In this document: one piece after another, positions 22,619-34,789 of the stretch
Position numbering within the stretch: position 1 is the first letter of the stretch
Layout: every line of letters starts with the position of its first letter
Origin: Octopus sinensis
Lineage: Eukaryota
DNA length: 64,000 nt
Assembly: GCF_006345805.1 (NCBI RefSeq)
Contig: NC_043000.1
Location: forward strand, 144,770,001 to 144,834,000
Direction: 5' to 3'
Translations under genes and position numbers: made by a program
The notes under the pieces: model-generated
What the model was told of the DNA's origin: nothing
Databases searched by the model: none
The model's input: only the letters and a program-made list of their open reading frames with translations

Positions 22619-23275
22619 TATATAATTCATATATACATATAATTCTGACTTACTATTATTCTTTATAACCTATTTTCAAATATCTGCTTATTAGTTAATA
22701 AGTTAAAATAAACATTTTTAAAATGCAAAATTTTTTAATGAGTTATTTTTTTAAATATTTCTCATAGAAGTAATAAGTAATAACTTGTAACAAACTGTTT
22801 TGTTTTAATAAAAGCTAATATTTTCTGAATCTAAATATCGTATTTGAAACTTTATCCTTGCAATATTATAATAAATAAGAATTTTCTTGTTCTGTACTTT
22901 ACCAAATGTAATAAATTGTCCAGAAAGTTTTCAAGTGTAACAAATTGTCCTGTAATTTTAGAGATTTATATTCACCAGAATATTATTTGTCTTGCTCGCA
23001 TTTCTACAAGTAATAATTGTAATTGATAAGTATTCGTATATCACTTCATACTCACGAATGGATTCTAGTTGCAATCTGGGAGTATGTCTTAGATGTTTCG
23101 GAACCAATGTCCATACATGCGCACCTTCTATTTTATGCACACAAGCGCGCGCACGCGGACACACACACACGCACACGCACAAACAAACATATATTATTAT
23201 AGGTATACATACATATATGTAAGCATGTATATCTGTGTATTTGTATATATATATATATATACATATACATACATA

Positions 23276-23688
23276 GGCGCAGAAGTGGCTGTGTGGTAAG
23301 TAGCTTGCTTACCAACCACATGGTTCCGGGTTCAGTCCCAGTGCGTGGCATCTTGGGCAAGTGTATTCTGCTATAGCCTCGGGCCGACCAATGCCTTGTA
23401 AGTGGATTTGGTAGACGGAAACTGAAAGAAGCCTGTCGTATATATGTATATATATATGTATTTGTGTGTATGTTTGCGTGTCTGTTTGTCCCCCTAGCAT
23501 TGCTTGACAACCGATGCTGGTGTGTTTACGTCACCATCACTTAGCGGTTCGGCAAACGAGACCGATATAAATAAGTACTGGTCTTACAAAGAATAAGTCC
23601 CGGGGTCGATATGCTCAACTGAAGGCGGTGCTCCAGCATGGCCACATTCAAATGACTGAAACAAGTAAAATAGTAAAAAGAGTAAGAG
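23276..23688 (+). mobile_element. Full-length tRNA-derived SINE, family 1
   Basis: tRNA-like head GGCGCAGAAGTGGCTGTGTGGTAAG..GGTTCAGTCCC, central (TA/TG)n, tail GCGGTGCTCCAGCATGGCC..AAACAAGTAAAA. Confidence 0.9.
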
Positions 23689-24208
23689 CATACATACATA
23701 CATACGAATGTATCTATGCAAGTATAAAACTAAAAAAAATAATTAGAATTAGAAAAAGATACATATAACAACAGAGACAAACCAATAACGAGGGTAGGAT
23801 AATAGTGAAAGTCTTTGAGAAACATTTATCGCCGACTCTGCTTCATCAGGTTAATCCCAATAAATTCAGAATGCACAGCTTGAAGCGAACAAATACTTCT
23901 TTTCATGCATGGGATATAATGACCACGTAGGAATGGTATTAAATTGGAGCACCATGCATGAAATAAATTCTACATTTTTCTCTTTATGTCTAACATGTCT
24001 GTGCATTTTCATCGATTCAACGCTTAATAAAATTAAATGACTGGTCATAAATACTTATCATGTACAGTGTGTCAGGATTTATACTTCACAAATTAAAAAC
24101 AACGCCTAAACACAAAAAATTGACATACACATATAAGTACGTGTGCATGTCTGTGGAATTTATGTATATATATATATTTATTTATTTACATATATATATA
24201 TTTATATA

Positions 24209-24246
<38 letters not shown>

Positions 24247-24367
24247 CATATATATATACACATATATATACCTATGTATTTATGTATTGATATATAGTTT
24301 CGCATCTATATAGCTACACCAACGCCTATCTCTCTTATCTAAGTGTCTAATCTACCTAGTTCTCTTT

Positions 24368-24456
<89 letters not shown>

Positions 24457-24463
24457 TATATAC

Positions 24464-24497
<34 letters not shown>

Positions 24498-25309
24498 TTA
24501 TGTATATACACATACATATATGTATATATTATATATGTGTGTATGTGCGTGTTGTTGTATATTTTTATATACTCATATACGTATATATATATTTGTGTAC
24601 ATAAATATTTAGCCAATGTATTCCTTCAACTAATAATATAGCATATTTAATGTTGCAGCTTTCTTTATCAGAAGATCTTATTTTATAGGCAAGAATATGT
24701 ACAAGATATACACTGATATGTAATTTAATTTTATATAAACTAGAAAAGTGTTCGCCGCTTCCTAGACGTTTCCTTTTCATGTTACAAGAACAATATTAAC
24801 AAAATAACAAAAAAAAATGTATATTAGGTTAGCTACAGCATAAGCGCTACATGAAAAATAAATTTAATTCAACGTTTAAAAAATATTGTATTGCAATAGC
24901 CTGACAGAAGTGGAGTAGATTCCTCTATTGATGCAAAACTATAAAATGACAACTGTTGTTGCCTTCGACGTCACATAAGTATGTATGGAGAAGCAGTAAA
25001 GATATGAGTTTTTCAGTTATCAATGAAAAGCCGTTATTCACACAAACAGAATCAATCGTGACATGCACACATTCAAGCATATATGTTTAGACGGATTTAC
25101 GTATACACATGCACAAATATACAGTCATATAGATATATGGACACAAAACTTTTTTAAATTACTACACAGAAATATGAGTTTTCAACTTGCTATCCAGACA
25201 ATATATATTCTTTCCTTAGGTATACACTAGGTGTTTGGTTCAAGATGAAATCACCAAACGTTTCTCAATGGAACGAACTATAAAATGTATTGATTTCGAA
25301 TTTTGAAAC

Positions 25310-25735
25310 AAGAGCAGAAATTTCCGGGCGTAGGGTACGCCCAGTACATCTACAACCACTGTTAAACTGGTACCTATTTCCTTGACCCTGAAAGATGAAA
25401 GGCCATGAGGGAATTTGAACTCAGGACGTAAATATGTACGAAATGCTGCTAGGCATTTTCCCCGTCGTGTTTACGCTTCTGACAGCTTATTGTATTAGTA
25501 GCAAAATTAAATTTGATTCCAAATTCTAGTACATGGCCAACAATTCCTGGCCAATTTGTTTATTTGCATTACACTTACCCTCAGTGCTCAAATAGTGCAT
25601 ATTTTACTGATGCCGAAAGGCTAAACAGGAAAATTGGACATCGTCGGAATTTGAACTCATAACGTGAATACAGACGAGAAGCCTGGGAGCATTTTGCCAG
25701 GTGTGCTAACGATTCTGCTAGCTCGTTGGCGTTTT
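25310..25735 (-). mobile_element. Two degenerate SINE family 2 copies
   Basis: Each contains GAATTTGAACTCA..ACGT..GCATTTT.CC.G.GTG.T.ACG.TTCTG motifs matching 21250-21358. Confidence 0.6.
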
Positions 25736-25930
25736 AGCGTACGTAATATTAACAAATTATATATATATCTCACAAGTTTTCGTGCTTGTACTTCAATACA
25801 AGTATAAACATAGATAAATATTTAGATTCATGTTTAGTTGTGTGTGTATATATGTATATGTAAACAAACATACACACACAGCTATATACGTATATATATG
25901 TAAATATATATATATATATATATATAATAT

Positions 25931-25982
<52 letters not shown>

Positions 25983-25990
25983 TATATATA

Positions 25991-26398
25991 TTTTGGCGCG
26001 ATTACGGTGGTTTTGAAAATTTAGGGTATATATTCCCGAGGCACAAATGCTGCAGCCTCGTGTATATCTATTCCTCCTGGCTTCTTTACCCATGGTAGAT
26101 TGACTTGATTAAATTTAATTTAATTTAATTAGGCTGGTTTGCCATAAAGAACGTCGAAACAATGCATTGTCTAATGATAAATAGGGTAAATGTTTTTTAA
26201 TTTTCCTTTAATTTCTGAATTACTACTATTTAGCGGTTTGACTCTTGGCTGCTCTTTCTAGTGGGTCGAATGGCCTATCGGGGCCGTTCCTCAATGTTCT
26301 TGAAATTATATACATAGTCTGTGACTATTTTCTCTTTCTCACTAGACCGCTGGTGGCAAAACATTTGTATTGAATTTTTTGCTACCCTTATATTGATT

Positions 26399-26400
<2 letters not shown>
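25991..26400 (+). mobile_element. PLE pLTR remnant of the same family as 30431-30836
   Basis: Shares AGGGTAAATGTTTTTTAATTTT, TTTCTAGTGGGT.GAATGGCCTA, GGCCGTTCCT and CCGCTGGTGGCAAAA. HHR 3' half GAAAC-AATGCATT-GTC at 26156-26171. TA flanks. Confidence 0.75.
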
Positions 26401-26431
<31 letters not shown>

Positions 26432-26504
26432 GGAGAGAGAGAGAGAGATTCAGACAGACAGACAGACAGATAGACCGATAGATAGACAGACATATAGATA
26501 GATA

Positions 26505-27668
26505 TTAGGGTGGATTGAAAACTGCAACTTTCGAAATTGGTAACGAGAAATCGATATTGTGTTGCGAGTTAGAGATAACAGAAAGCTGTTTAAAGACTTT
26601 TGTGGTTGAGTATTCTGTTCAGGCTCCGCAACGCAACTGAGAAGTGTAAAAACTACTACCGTAAACTTTGCGACCCCAAACTGCATAGACGTAATTAACT
26701 GTTATGACGCTATTGTTACTCAACCACCTCTAACACATGTATTTTTCGATGAAGAATTCGATACCTTCATTCAACAGCGGCATTTAAAGCAACCGAAAAA
26801 ATTACCTTAGCTGTGGAGAGATGTGTAAAATTCATGACAGAAACATCATCTAATATTTGTGGTAAGAACAGTCAAGACGGTTTCATGCGCAGTCGAATCG
26901 AATCAAGAGAAAAACTCCCGGCGTTCCAAACTAAATGGACTTGAAAATAAAATCAATTAGAATGGCTCTGTTTTCGCTATATTGAACATAGCCTACAATC
27001 AGAATTATTTTGTATTAGAAATTTCCAAAACAACAAATCTTTTACTGTTTCATTACCCTTCTTCTAATTCATGGCTACCAAAAAAATTAATTGGCTTTAT
27101 TACTGGAACGAAAGGAATTGCACTAAAACGATTCGTATTATTTAGTAATATGGAATCATTACAAATGAATTGGAAATATTAATTATTTTTCTCACAAAAA
27201 TGTACCAAGAATCATCAATTGGCTTCAATGTAATTTTATTTTAATGTGTATGTTATCTAGACCTTATTTTTCACATAAATTCGGTGACATATTATTGAAA
27301 ATGAAAAAAAGGAACGCAAAGTCGAAAAGTCTATTTCACATAATTTCGAAATTTCAAGTGCCTTGCGGAGCTTGAAGATATAAATTTTAGAGCTTAAGAT
27401 TTTAACACTTTTGTTTCTGAAGTGTTTTGTAATAGGAATTGATTCGTAAAAATGAATGTAAAAAATAAAATAAGAAATGGCAAACGTGTTTATAAATGGA
27501 TTTTTGTTTCATGATTTAAATTTTCAAGTCGACTGCGAAGCTTCATGATTTATGTTTAAGAGTTTCAGATATTAACAGTTGTTTTAAAGAATTTCGTAAT
27601 AAAAATATATTCTTGAAAAACATATTTCGAAAATCTTTGTAAAAAGTATCTTTTTCGCTCCACCCTAA
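26505..27668 (+). mobile_element. Internally deleted hAT-superfamily (hATm-like) DNA transposon
   Basis: TIR TTAGGGTGGA / TCCACCCTAA; 7/8-matching flanks GATAGATA / TATAGATA. C-terminal transposase remnant VNF..QPPLT..AVERCVKFMTETSSNICG..QDGFMRSRIESR (to 26944). Subfamily assignment is from memory. Confidence 0.65.
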
Positions 27669-27871
27669 TATAGATAGACACCCACACACCAAACGCACAC
27701 AAAAATACACACACATATATATATACATATATACATATATTCATATATATATGTATATATATACATATACACACACATATATATATATACATATATATAC
27801 ACACACACGGATATATATATATATTATATATATATATATATATACATATATATATACATACATACATATAT

Positions 27872-27905
<34 letters not shown>

Positions 27906-28249
27906 TAGAAAGTGCATGGGAATGTGGATACTACTTTCTTCTAATATCGGGTGCTTAACGGAGGAAGTTGCCAGAGAGGTGTCAAATCTACATTATTATT
28001 CTTGAAATCGCATGTAGATAACCTCAGCTCAAGAATACATACGTACTTAAATGTGTAGATACGTACATACATAATACATACTTACATACATATATATTTA
28101 TATGTTTATGTGTTTGCGTGAGTGTATATGTGTGGGTGTGTATGCATTTTTAATTAACTTTGAATCTGTTCAAATTCACCTTGAGCTGCACATTTGTGTT
28201 TCAGGATTATAAATATTGCTTCTCTAAGCGTCAGGTCCACGGCTAATAC

Positions 28250-28357
28250 CTGCACATTTCCGGATATTTGGCTGTTCTCACAATGATGAGAGTCGGATTT
28301 GACTCATAGTAGGAGTTGATGATAAATGGTTGCCTACAATATAGTACTTCTTTGAAC
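28250..28357 (-). CDS. Candidate 108-bp internal coding exon, product unknown (FKEVLYCRQPFIINSYYESNPTLIIVRTAKYPEMC)
   Basis: Acceptor TCATTTTCAG|G, donor CAG|GTATTA, length divisible by 3, only one open frame. No homology recognised. Confidence 0.2.
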
Positions 28358-28681
28358 CTGAAAATGATATTGTTGCTGTTTTTAAAAATTTCATGTCTGC
28401 GTAGGAAGTTCAGTTCCACTCGTTTTCGTGGCTGTTAGAGGAATCTGTGAGATTTGTTTATAAATTTGTATATATTTGACTCGCACATCTATTGATATGG
28501 CTTCGAGCCTCACACGAAATTCTTCATCTGGTACTAAAGTATTTTGCTATCAAACATATTTAATAGAACGTTGCAAGTGTAACTTGACACCTGGTTACTA
28601 TAAAACCCGAAACATAATAACCGTTTAACTGCGGAATTAATTTCCACAATTATTTCAGTAATGATAAGTATCCAACGTAAC

Positions 28682-29655
28682 GGATAAAGCTTCTTTAGCA
28701 TTTATAGCAATTTCATAGCAGTACCAGAAATCAAGATAATTACAATGTTTCTTCATGTTATATTTTTGGCATAATGAATTCATTGAAGAGTACATATCTA
28801 TTTAAGCCTACTGTAATTTAGAGAGAATCAGAGGGAAAATGTTGACGTCAAGATATAGGAGTGGTGGGATAGTTATTTGTTTTTATTTTACTTTATTTTG
28901 CAGCATATTTTCTACAATCATTAAGAATTTTTTATCTATTAGCAGTTGTCAGCCATGTCCCAATTGATGGTGATAATTCAATTTATGTCAGACAACCTCC
29001 CAAACACGTATTTTACTGGGACCATATATCTAGCATTATCTACATAAAATAATATGTTTCCAAACTGCTAGTAAGAGCATGACTGATGGAGGAGAGGTGA
29101 TAACTACAAGTATGAAGGATGGAGATGGCTAGTCTATATTTATATTATCAAATAAAAGGAGGATATACATAAAAACAGATTATTCGATTTTATTTGATAA
29201 TCTAAATAAAGACTAGCCCTCACCATCCTTCCATTTTCTAGCTTTCACCACTTCCCCATCACTCATTCTCTCGCTAGCAGCTCTGAGATACATATTTTTA
29301 TGTAGATAAAGCTAGATATATGGTTCCAGTAAAAAAAGTGCCTGGGAGGTTGTTTGACATTAATTAGTTTATCGCCATCAACGGGGACATAGCTGACAAA
29401 CCTCAATGGATTTAATTCTAAATCATTGTAGATTATATGGTGCATAAAATCTTACGAATAAAAATATCCCACCACTTCTATATCTTGACCTCCACTATTT
29501 TCCTCTGCTACTCTAAAAATTGTAGTAGGCTAAAATAGATAAGCATTATTGTCTGAATTCAATCTGATACAAATATAACAAAAGGAAACAATTTAATTAG
29601 ATTGGTTTTTAGTACTTATTAAAAAATTGCTATAAATGCTAAAACTGCTTTATTC
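28682..29655. repeat. ~1-kb diverged palindrome (arms ~28682-29157 and 29188-29655, 30-bp spacer)
   Basis: Colinear reverse-complement matches, e.g. TAGCATTTATAGCAATTT / AAATTGCTATAAATGCTA, CCATATATCTAGC / GCTAGATATATGG and CAACCTCCCA / TGGGAGGTTG. Confidence 0.85.
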
Positions 29656-30390
29656 TTTAAGTGGAAAATCTATATGGTCATCTGCGTCAGAGGAGAACAG
29701 TTTCTTTCAAACTGATGTAATATTTTCATTGATCGATTACATGGAGCTGATTGCAATGGTCACAATTCATTGATATATATAGGAAAGAGGATTTGAAAAT
29801 GCAGAGGTATTTTAAATATGTTTATTGGCTTTTAAAAGAGATTATCAAACGTAAAATGTAATGCTTTGTATACGATTTGTTGTGTTAAAAAAAAAGGTTA
29901 TCTTAATTGTATTAAATTACCGTTATACAATCTTTGATAATGATAAGAAAATGTTAAAGATAGAATCTTTGGCAATGATATGAAAATATTAAGAGGGGCT
30001 TTTTGTTTAAACAGTTTACATGAAAGTGTTCAAAATATGTAGTAAAATAAATTTATAAATATTTTAATTTCATCAAAAATCAGGATTATATACAACCATA
30101 TATACAGAAAGGATCATATTTAAGTGTTTATACAGAATATTAGGGGAATGAGCAACCTTTCCTCCCTTCATCTCCTGTCTTGTAATGTGTATCTAAGAGA
30201 TGTTTGCTAATTTTAGAAATAATGTAGTAGGTTGGTTGGTAGGGGAGTGAATTGTGGAATCAAAAGGACTTTTTTGCTTTTGGGCTAGTCTGTCATGGTT
30301 CAGTGGTTTTAGGGACTGGTCTTAGAGTTCAGGATGGTCTGAGTGTGTGTATGGCTCTGTGCAGGTTTCTATGTGTTTGCGCGTGTATAT

Positions 30391-30430
<40 letters not shown>

Positions 30431-30435
<5 letters not shown>

Positions 30436-30836
30436 TCAATATAGGGTGGCAAAAAATTTTGTAGAATTTTTTTGCCACCAGCGGCCTAGTGGGAAAAAAT
30501 TAAATAGTCATAGACCATTTTTAAGTTCAACATCAACAATCAAGGAACGGCCATAATAGGCCATTCACCCACTAGAAATAACAGCCAAAGCTTCAACCGC
30601 AAATAAAAATCAATTCCGTAAACCAGGAGAAAATTTAAAAAACATTTACCCTGTAATTTCTTATACGATGCACCGTTTCATTAGCAGATGAAACGGTGCA
30701 TCGTATAAGAAATTACAGGGTAAATGTTTTTTAATTTTCTCCTGGTTTACGGAATTGATTTTTATTTGCGGTTGAAGCTTTGGCTGTTATTTCTAGTGGG
30801 TGAATGGCCTATTATGGCCGTTCCTTGATTGTTGAT
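30431..30836 (-). mobile_element. PLE pLTR fragment with near-perfect 150-bp fold-back
   Basis: Arms 30532-30681 and 30688-30836 (one indel, 6-nt loop). The apex carries an HHR 3' half, GAAAC-GGTGCATC-GTA. Homologous to 26150-26400; (TA)n flanks. Confidence 0.85.
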
Positions 30837-30856
30837 ATATATATATATATATATAT

Positions 30857-32200
30857 GCTTTTCTTTGTTTGCGTGGGTTTTTTTTTACTGGTCTTATAGT
30901 TCAGTGTGCGGGTGTATGTGTCTGTGTACGCGTGTTTTTTTTTATTTAGCAGGGTGGTGCGTGTATATGTGTGCACGTTTGTGTGCGTCTATGTGTGATT
31001 TGTATTTGCAACGTGCTGTGTGTACGCATATGCATGTGTCTGTGTGTATGTGTTTGTTCGTGTGTGTGTAAGTGTGTGACTGTGTGCGTGTGTATGTTTG
31101 TGTGTGTTGTGTTGTGTTTGTGTATGTATGTGCGTGTACGTGAGTATGCGTGTGTGTCTCTGTCTGTGTATGTTTGTAGTATTATAATTGTCCGGTTGGT
31201 GTCTGTGTGTGCATCCGTATGTTTGTTTGAAAGTGCATATCTATGTGTTTGTAGGTGTGTATGTGTGCGTGTTATATTTGTCAGAGGTTTTGTGTGTGTC
31301 CACGTGTGTTACGTTTATCCGGATGGTTAGTGTGCGCGTGCACGTACTATATATTTTTGTACTGAGTATACGTTTGTACATATATGTGGATGTGGTTTAT
31401 GTAGTTTTCGGGTGTGTGTACGCATCTGTGTGTGTACTATATTTGCTGTGGCGAAGTGTGTATGTGTACTTTGAGTGCATGTTCGTATGTTATTTTTCTG
31501 TGTGGTGCATGCATGTTTGTGTATATTATTGTGAGCGCTTTATTTGTATTGTATTGTGCAATGTGTATTTATGCGTCTGGCTGTGTTTGCGTGGGTGTGT
31601 CTCTATGTCTTGTATTTGTCAGGGTAGTTGTGTGTGTGTGCTTCTCTGTGTGTATGTATGTGTGTCTGTAAGTGTTTGTTGTGATTGTTGGGATTTTATT
31701 GCGTGTATATATGTGTTTCTTCTTTACGTGTGTGTGCAATTTTTTACTGGGGAACGGGCATATTGTGTTTGTGTGTGTGTACGTATGTGTTTATATATGC
31801 GCGTGTGTGTACGTATGTGTATGGGTGTTGTATTGTTTTCCCGTGTTTGTGTGTATAACTGTGTATATGTGTGTGTTTTAGTGTGAGTGTGTCTTGTAAC
31901 AGTCAGGGTAGTGTGTGTAGGTGTGTGCATGTACGTATTTACGTATGTGTATGTGTTTGTCACTATTGGTTGTGATTCATAGAATTACATTCCCTGTGTA
32001 TATATGTGTTTTTTCTTGAAATATGTGTTGGTGTGTGCTCGAGCGTCTTGATATTGTCATTGTGCGTGTGTGTAAATGTATGTGTGTGTTTGTGTGGGCG
32101 TTTTCTTTTGCATGTGTATGTGTGTTTGTACATCTGTATGTGTTTGTTGGGGATGATTATCTGCGGGGTATGTTAGGGTATGCTGAGTTTTTTCTGTATT
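30857..32200. repeat. ~1.35-kb degenerate (TG)/(CA)-rich low-complexity tract
   Basis: Continuous scrambled GTGTGT/GTATGT sequence abutting the 3' end of the minus-strand PLE ORF. Confidence 0.85.
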
Positions 32201-33240
32201 TTTGAATAAGTATATTTTCCTTAATTATTCGTGTTTGCTCAGTCTGGGCTTTCGAACAATGGGAAATCTAGGAGTTTAACGGACTTGGTTTGTGCACAGA
32301 GATCTAGATCTAAGTGGCCACTAAATGATATTTGTCTTGTTGTGGGGTCACTCAATTGTTGGCGGTGGACTGTCATCCTATATCTGAGAGTAAGACTAGT
32401 CTGCCCTGTGTAGTCTTTGTGGTATCCTTCACACCTAATATAATAATGTAAATTTTTTGATGGGCAAGTGAAGTTATTTTTTACGTCAAAAGTGTGTCCT
32501 GACTGGAAATTGTATATATGAGGTGGATTCAATTGTATATATGAGGTGGATTCAATTGTATATATGAGGTGGATTCAGCTGTATATATGAGGTGGATTCA
32601 AGTCCTGCAATTAGAGGTACTACATGTTTTGACGGTGAGTTTTGGTCTTATGTTGGGTAATTTTGCATTGTTAAGTATGTATTATAGGGATTTGGGTTCT
32701 CTTTTTTTTCTATTATTTATGGATTTCGAGTGGTTTTTTTAGACGGGCATCTTGACTCAATAGTGGGATGTTCTTTTATATAATCGAGTAAGTTTCTGTA
32801 TTTCTTAGATTTTGTGTTAAGAGATACGGAATTCTATTTAATGTACTATGAGTGTTTTTCGGTTTTCGTAACTCTTGGATATCTATTGTCTTGGCCTGTT
32901 CTATTCCATTGTCAACTAATGATGCTGGGTAATGTATTTCGAGAAGAATTGCCTTTTGTTCATTTCGTCTGTCTTTTCGTTCTGAGCTCAAATTCTGTCC
33001 AGGTCGACTTTGCCCTTCATCATTTCACGGTCGATAAATTAAGTACACGTTGAGTACTTTGGACGGTATAATCGACTGGTCCCTTCCCCCAAAATTTTGG
33101 ATCTTGTAACTACAGCAGAAAAGAATATATATGTTGCATAAATATGGTTATCTAAACATTGTTGAAACGGAGTTGCCGAATGTTGATTACCTCTAGGACT
33201 CGGAATGAAAGCAAGATAACGTTTCAATTCACAGGTGTGA
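32200..33240 (-). pseudogene. Decayed Neptune-like PLE thumb to GIY-YIG fragment, interrupted by a SINE piece (~32960-33125)
   Basis: ORF pieces NFTCPSKNLHYYIRCEGYHKDYTGQTSLTLRYRMTVHRQQ and HYPASLVDNGIEQAK..LRKPK. Confidence 0.85.
32508..32599. repeat. 23-bp tandem repeat x4 (AATTGTATATATGAGGTGGATTC)
   Basis: Three identical units and one variant unit, with no spacers. Confidence 0.95.
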
Positions 33241-33834
33241 GGAATATATTGTGAATACGTTACGTTTAATATTATGGAAATGAACAGTATTAGTACATAT
33301 TACTACGATGCATATACGATATACTGCAACTAAGTGGTTCCTCAAAGTTGTTCAGCAGTGCCTTTCGGATGAAAGTAACATGTAAATTATAGAGAAGGAT
33401 GCAGGACTCTATCGTTATATTTCCTAATACAGGGGAAGTGTAATAAGATTGTTGTGCTATTCTGTACAACAGAACATATGCATGATAAACTATGAGGAAT
33501 CAAAAGAAACGTTCAGAAATCGTTGGAATGCATCACCTATTAATTACTGTAAGTCTGTTTAATGCAGCAGAGTACAATCACAGCCTTCACCCCAAAGAAC
33601 ATATTGAATATAGATAAATTCGTAGATAAAGTTTTAGCTTACTCTTCGGTGTTTACGTATTATTTGGCGTTTTGTACATTCAAATTGGATGCATCAAAAG
33701 ATCTACAGTGCAATAAAATCGTCGTGTATACCTTCGTCTATTGAGGTGTTAATTATGTTCATCAAATCTTAACGGAAAAAATTGTAGCTAATCGTTTCTC
33801 ATAGAAGAGAAATATAACTCTCTCTCTCTCTCTC

Positions 33835-34239
33835 TCTTATACTATTTTACTTGTTTCAGTCATTTTTACTGCGGCCATGCTGGAGCACCGCCTTTAGTCG
33901 AGGAAATCGACCCCGGGACTTATTCTTTGTAAGCCCAGTACTTATTCTATCGGTCTCTTTTGCCGAACCGCTAAGTGACGGGGACGTAAACACACCAGCA
34001 TTGGTTGTCAAGCAATGCTAGAGGGACAAACACAGACACACAAACATATACACACACATACATATATACATATATACGACAGGCTTCTTTCAGTTTCCGT
34101 CTACCAAATCCACTCACAAGGCTTTGGTCGGCCCGAAGATATAGCAGAAGACACTTGCCCAAGATGAAAGGGAGTGGGACTGAACCCGGAACCATGTGGT
34201 TGGCTAGCAAGCTACTTACCACACAGTCACTCCTGCGCC
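33835..34239 (-). mobile_element. Full-length SINE, family 1
   Basis: Reverse-complement homolog of 23276-23688. Confidence 0.9.
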
Positions 34240-34789
34240 TAAGTTCATGATAGCACCAAACGTCATAGCGCTGATTATATTTTGACACAATAACAAATAT
34301 TTATATTCTACAAATTTTCTTAAAGTGAAACGAAACGATTAAGATACACAAAATAACAACACATTAAATCACACGTTAGTTTTTTTTTATTGCCTCTTTG
34401 AGTCTTATTCTTCATATATCGCAAAATCAATATATTTAACATATGTATGTTCGCGACAAGATATATTGTCTAATAGTTTCATCTTATATAACTTTGTGTT
34501 GTTAGAGGAAGACGGGTTCTTAATTTGTGAATTGTACTCCTTTTAAATGCAGTTTCCACTACCAAATTACAACATAGGATAATAAAGAACATTATGAAAC
34601 AGATGACATGATCACATGAACAAGCCTAATTATGAATTCATTCAAACTATCAAAATATATCTCATTAAACATTACAAATGTATACATATACGCTTTATAA
34701 AGAAATATATCATGAAAAACATAGAATATCATCCAAACAAATCTATGGTGGACAAAACCGGATAACGCTTTCTAAATACTTCAAAATTA

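Noticed and set aside
23820-23865. Other CTGANGA cores (5121, 6988, 19214, 23850, 46995, 60803, 61073) and a TTGAAGA-AGCC..GGCTT motif near 3282
   Set aside because: No adjacent stem II plus GAAA plus NUH and stem I pairing. The 23850 and 3282 motifs may be dead HHRs but cannot be supported.
26125-26180. Functional hammerhead in the 25991-26400 pLTR
   Set aside because: The 3' half is present but the CUGANGA core and stem I are destroyed.
31188-31886. 232-aa Cys/Val-rich ORF
   Set aside because: Artefact of the TG-rich low-complexity tract, which lacks stop codons.
32508-32599. CRISPR-like 23-bp repeats
   Set aside because: Units are contiguous with no spacers, the context is eukaryotic and no cas genes are present.
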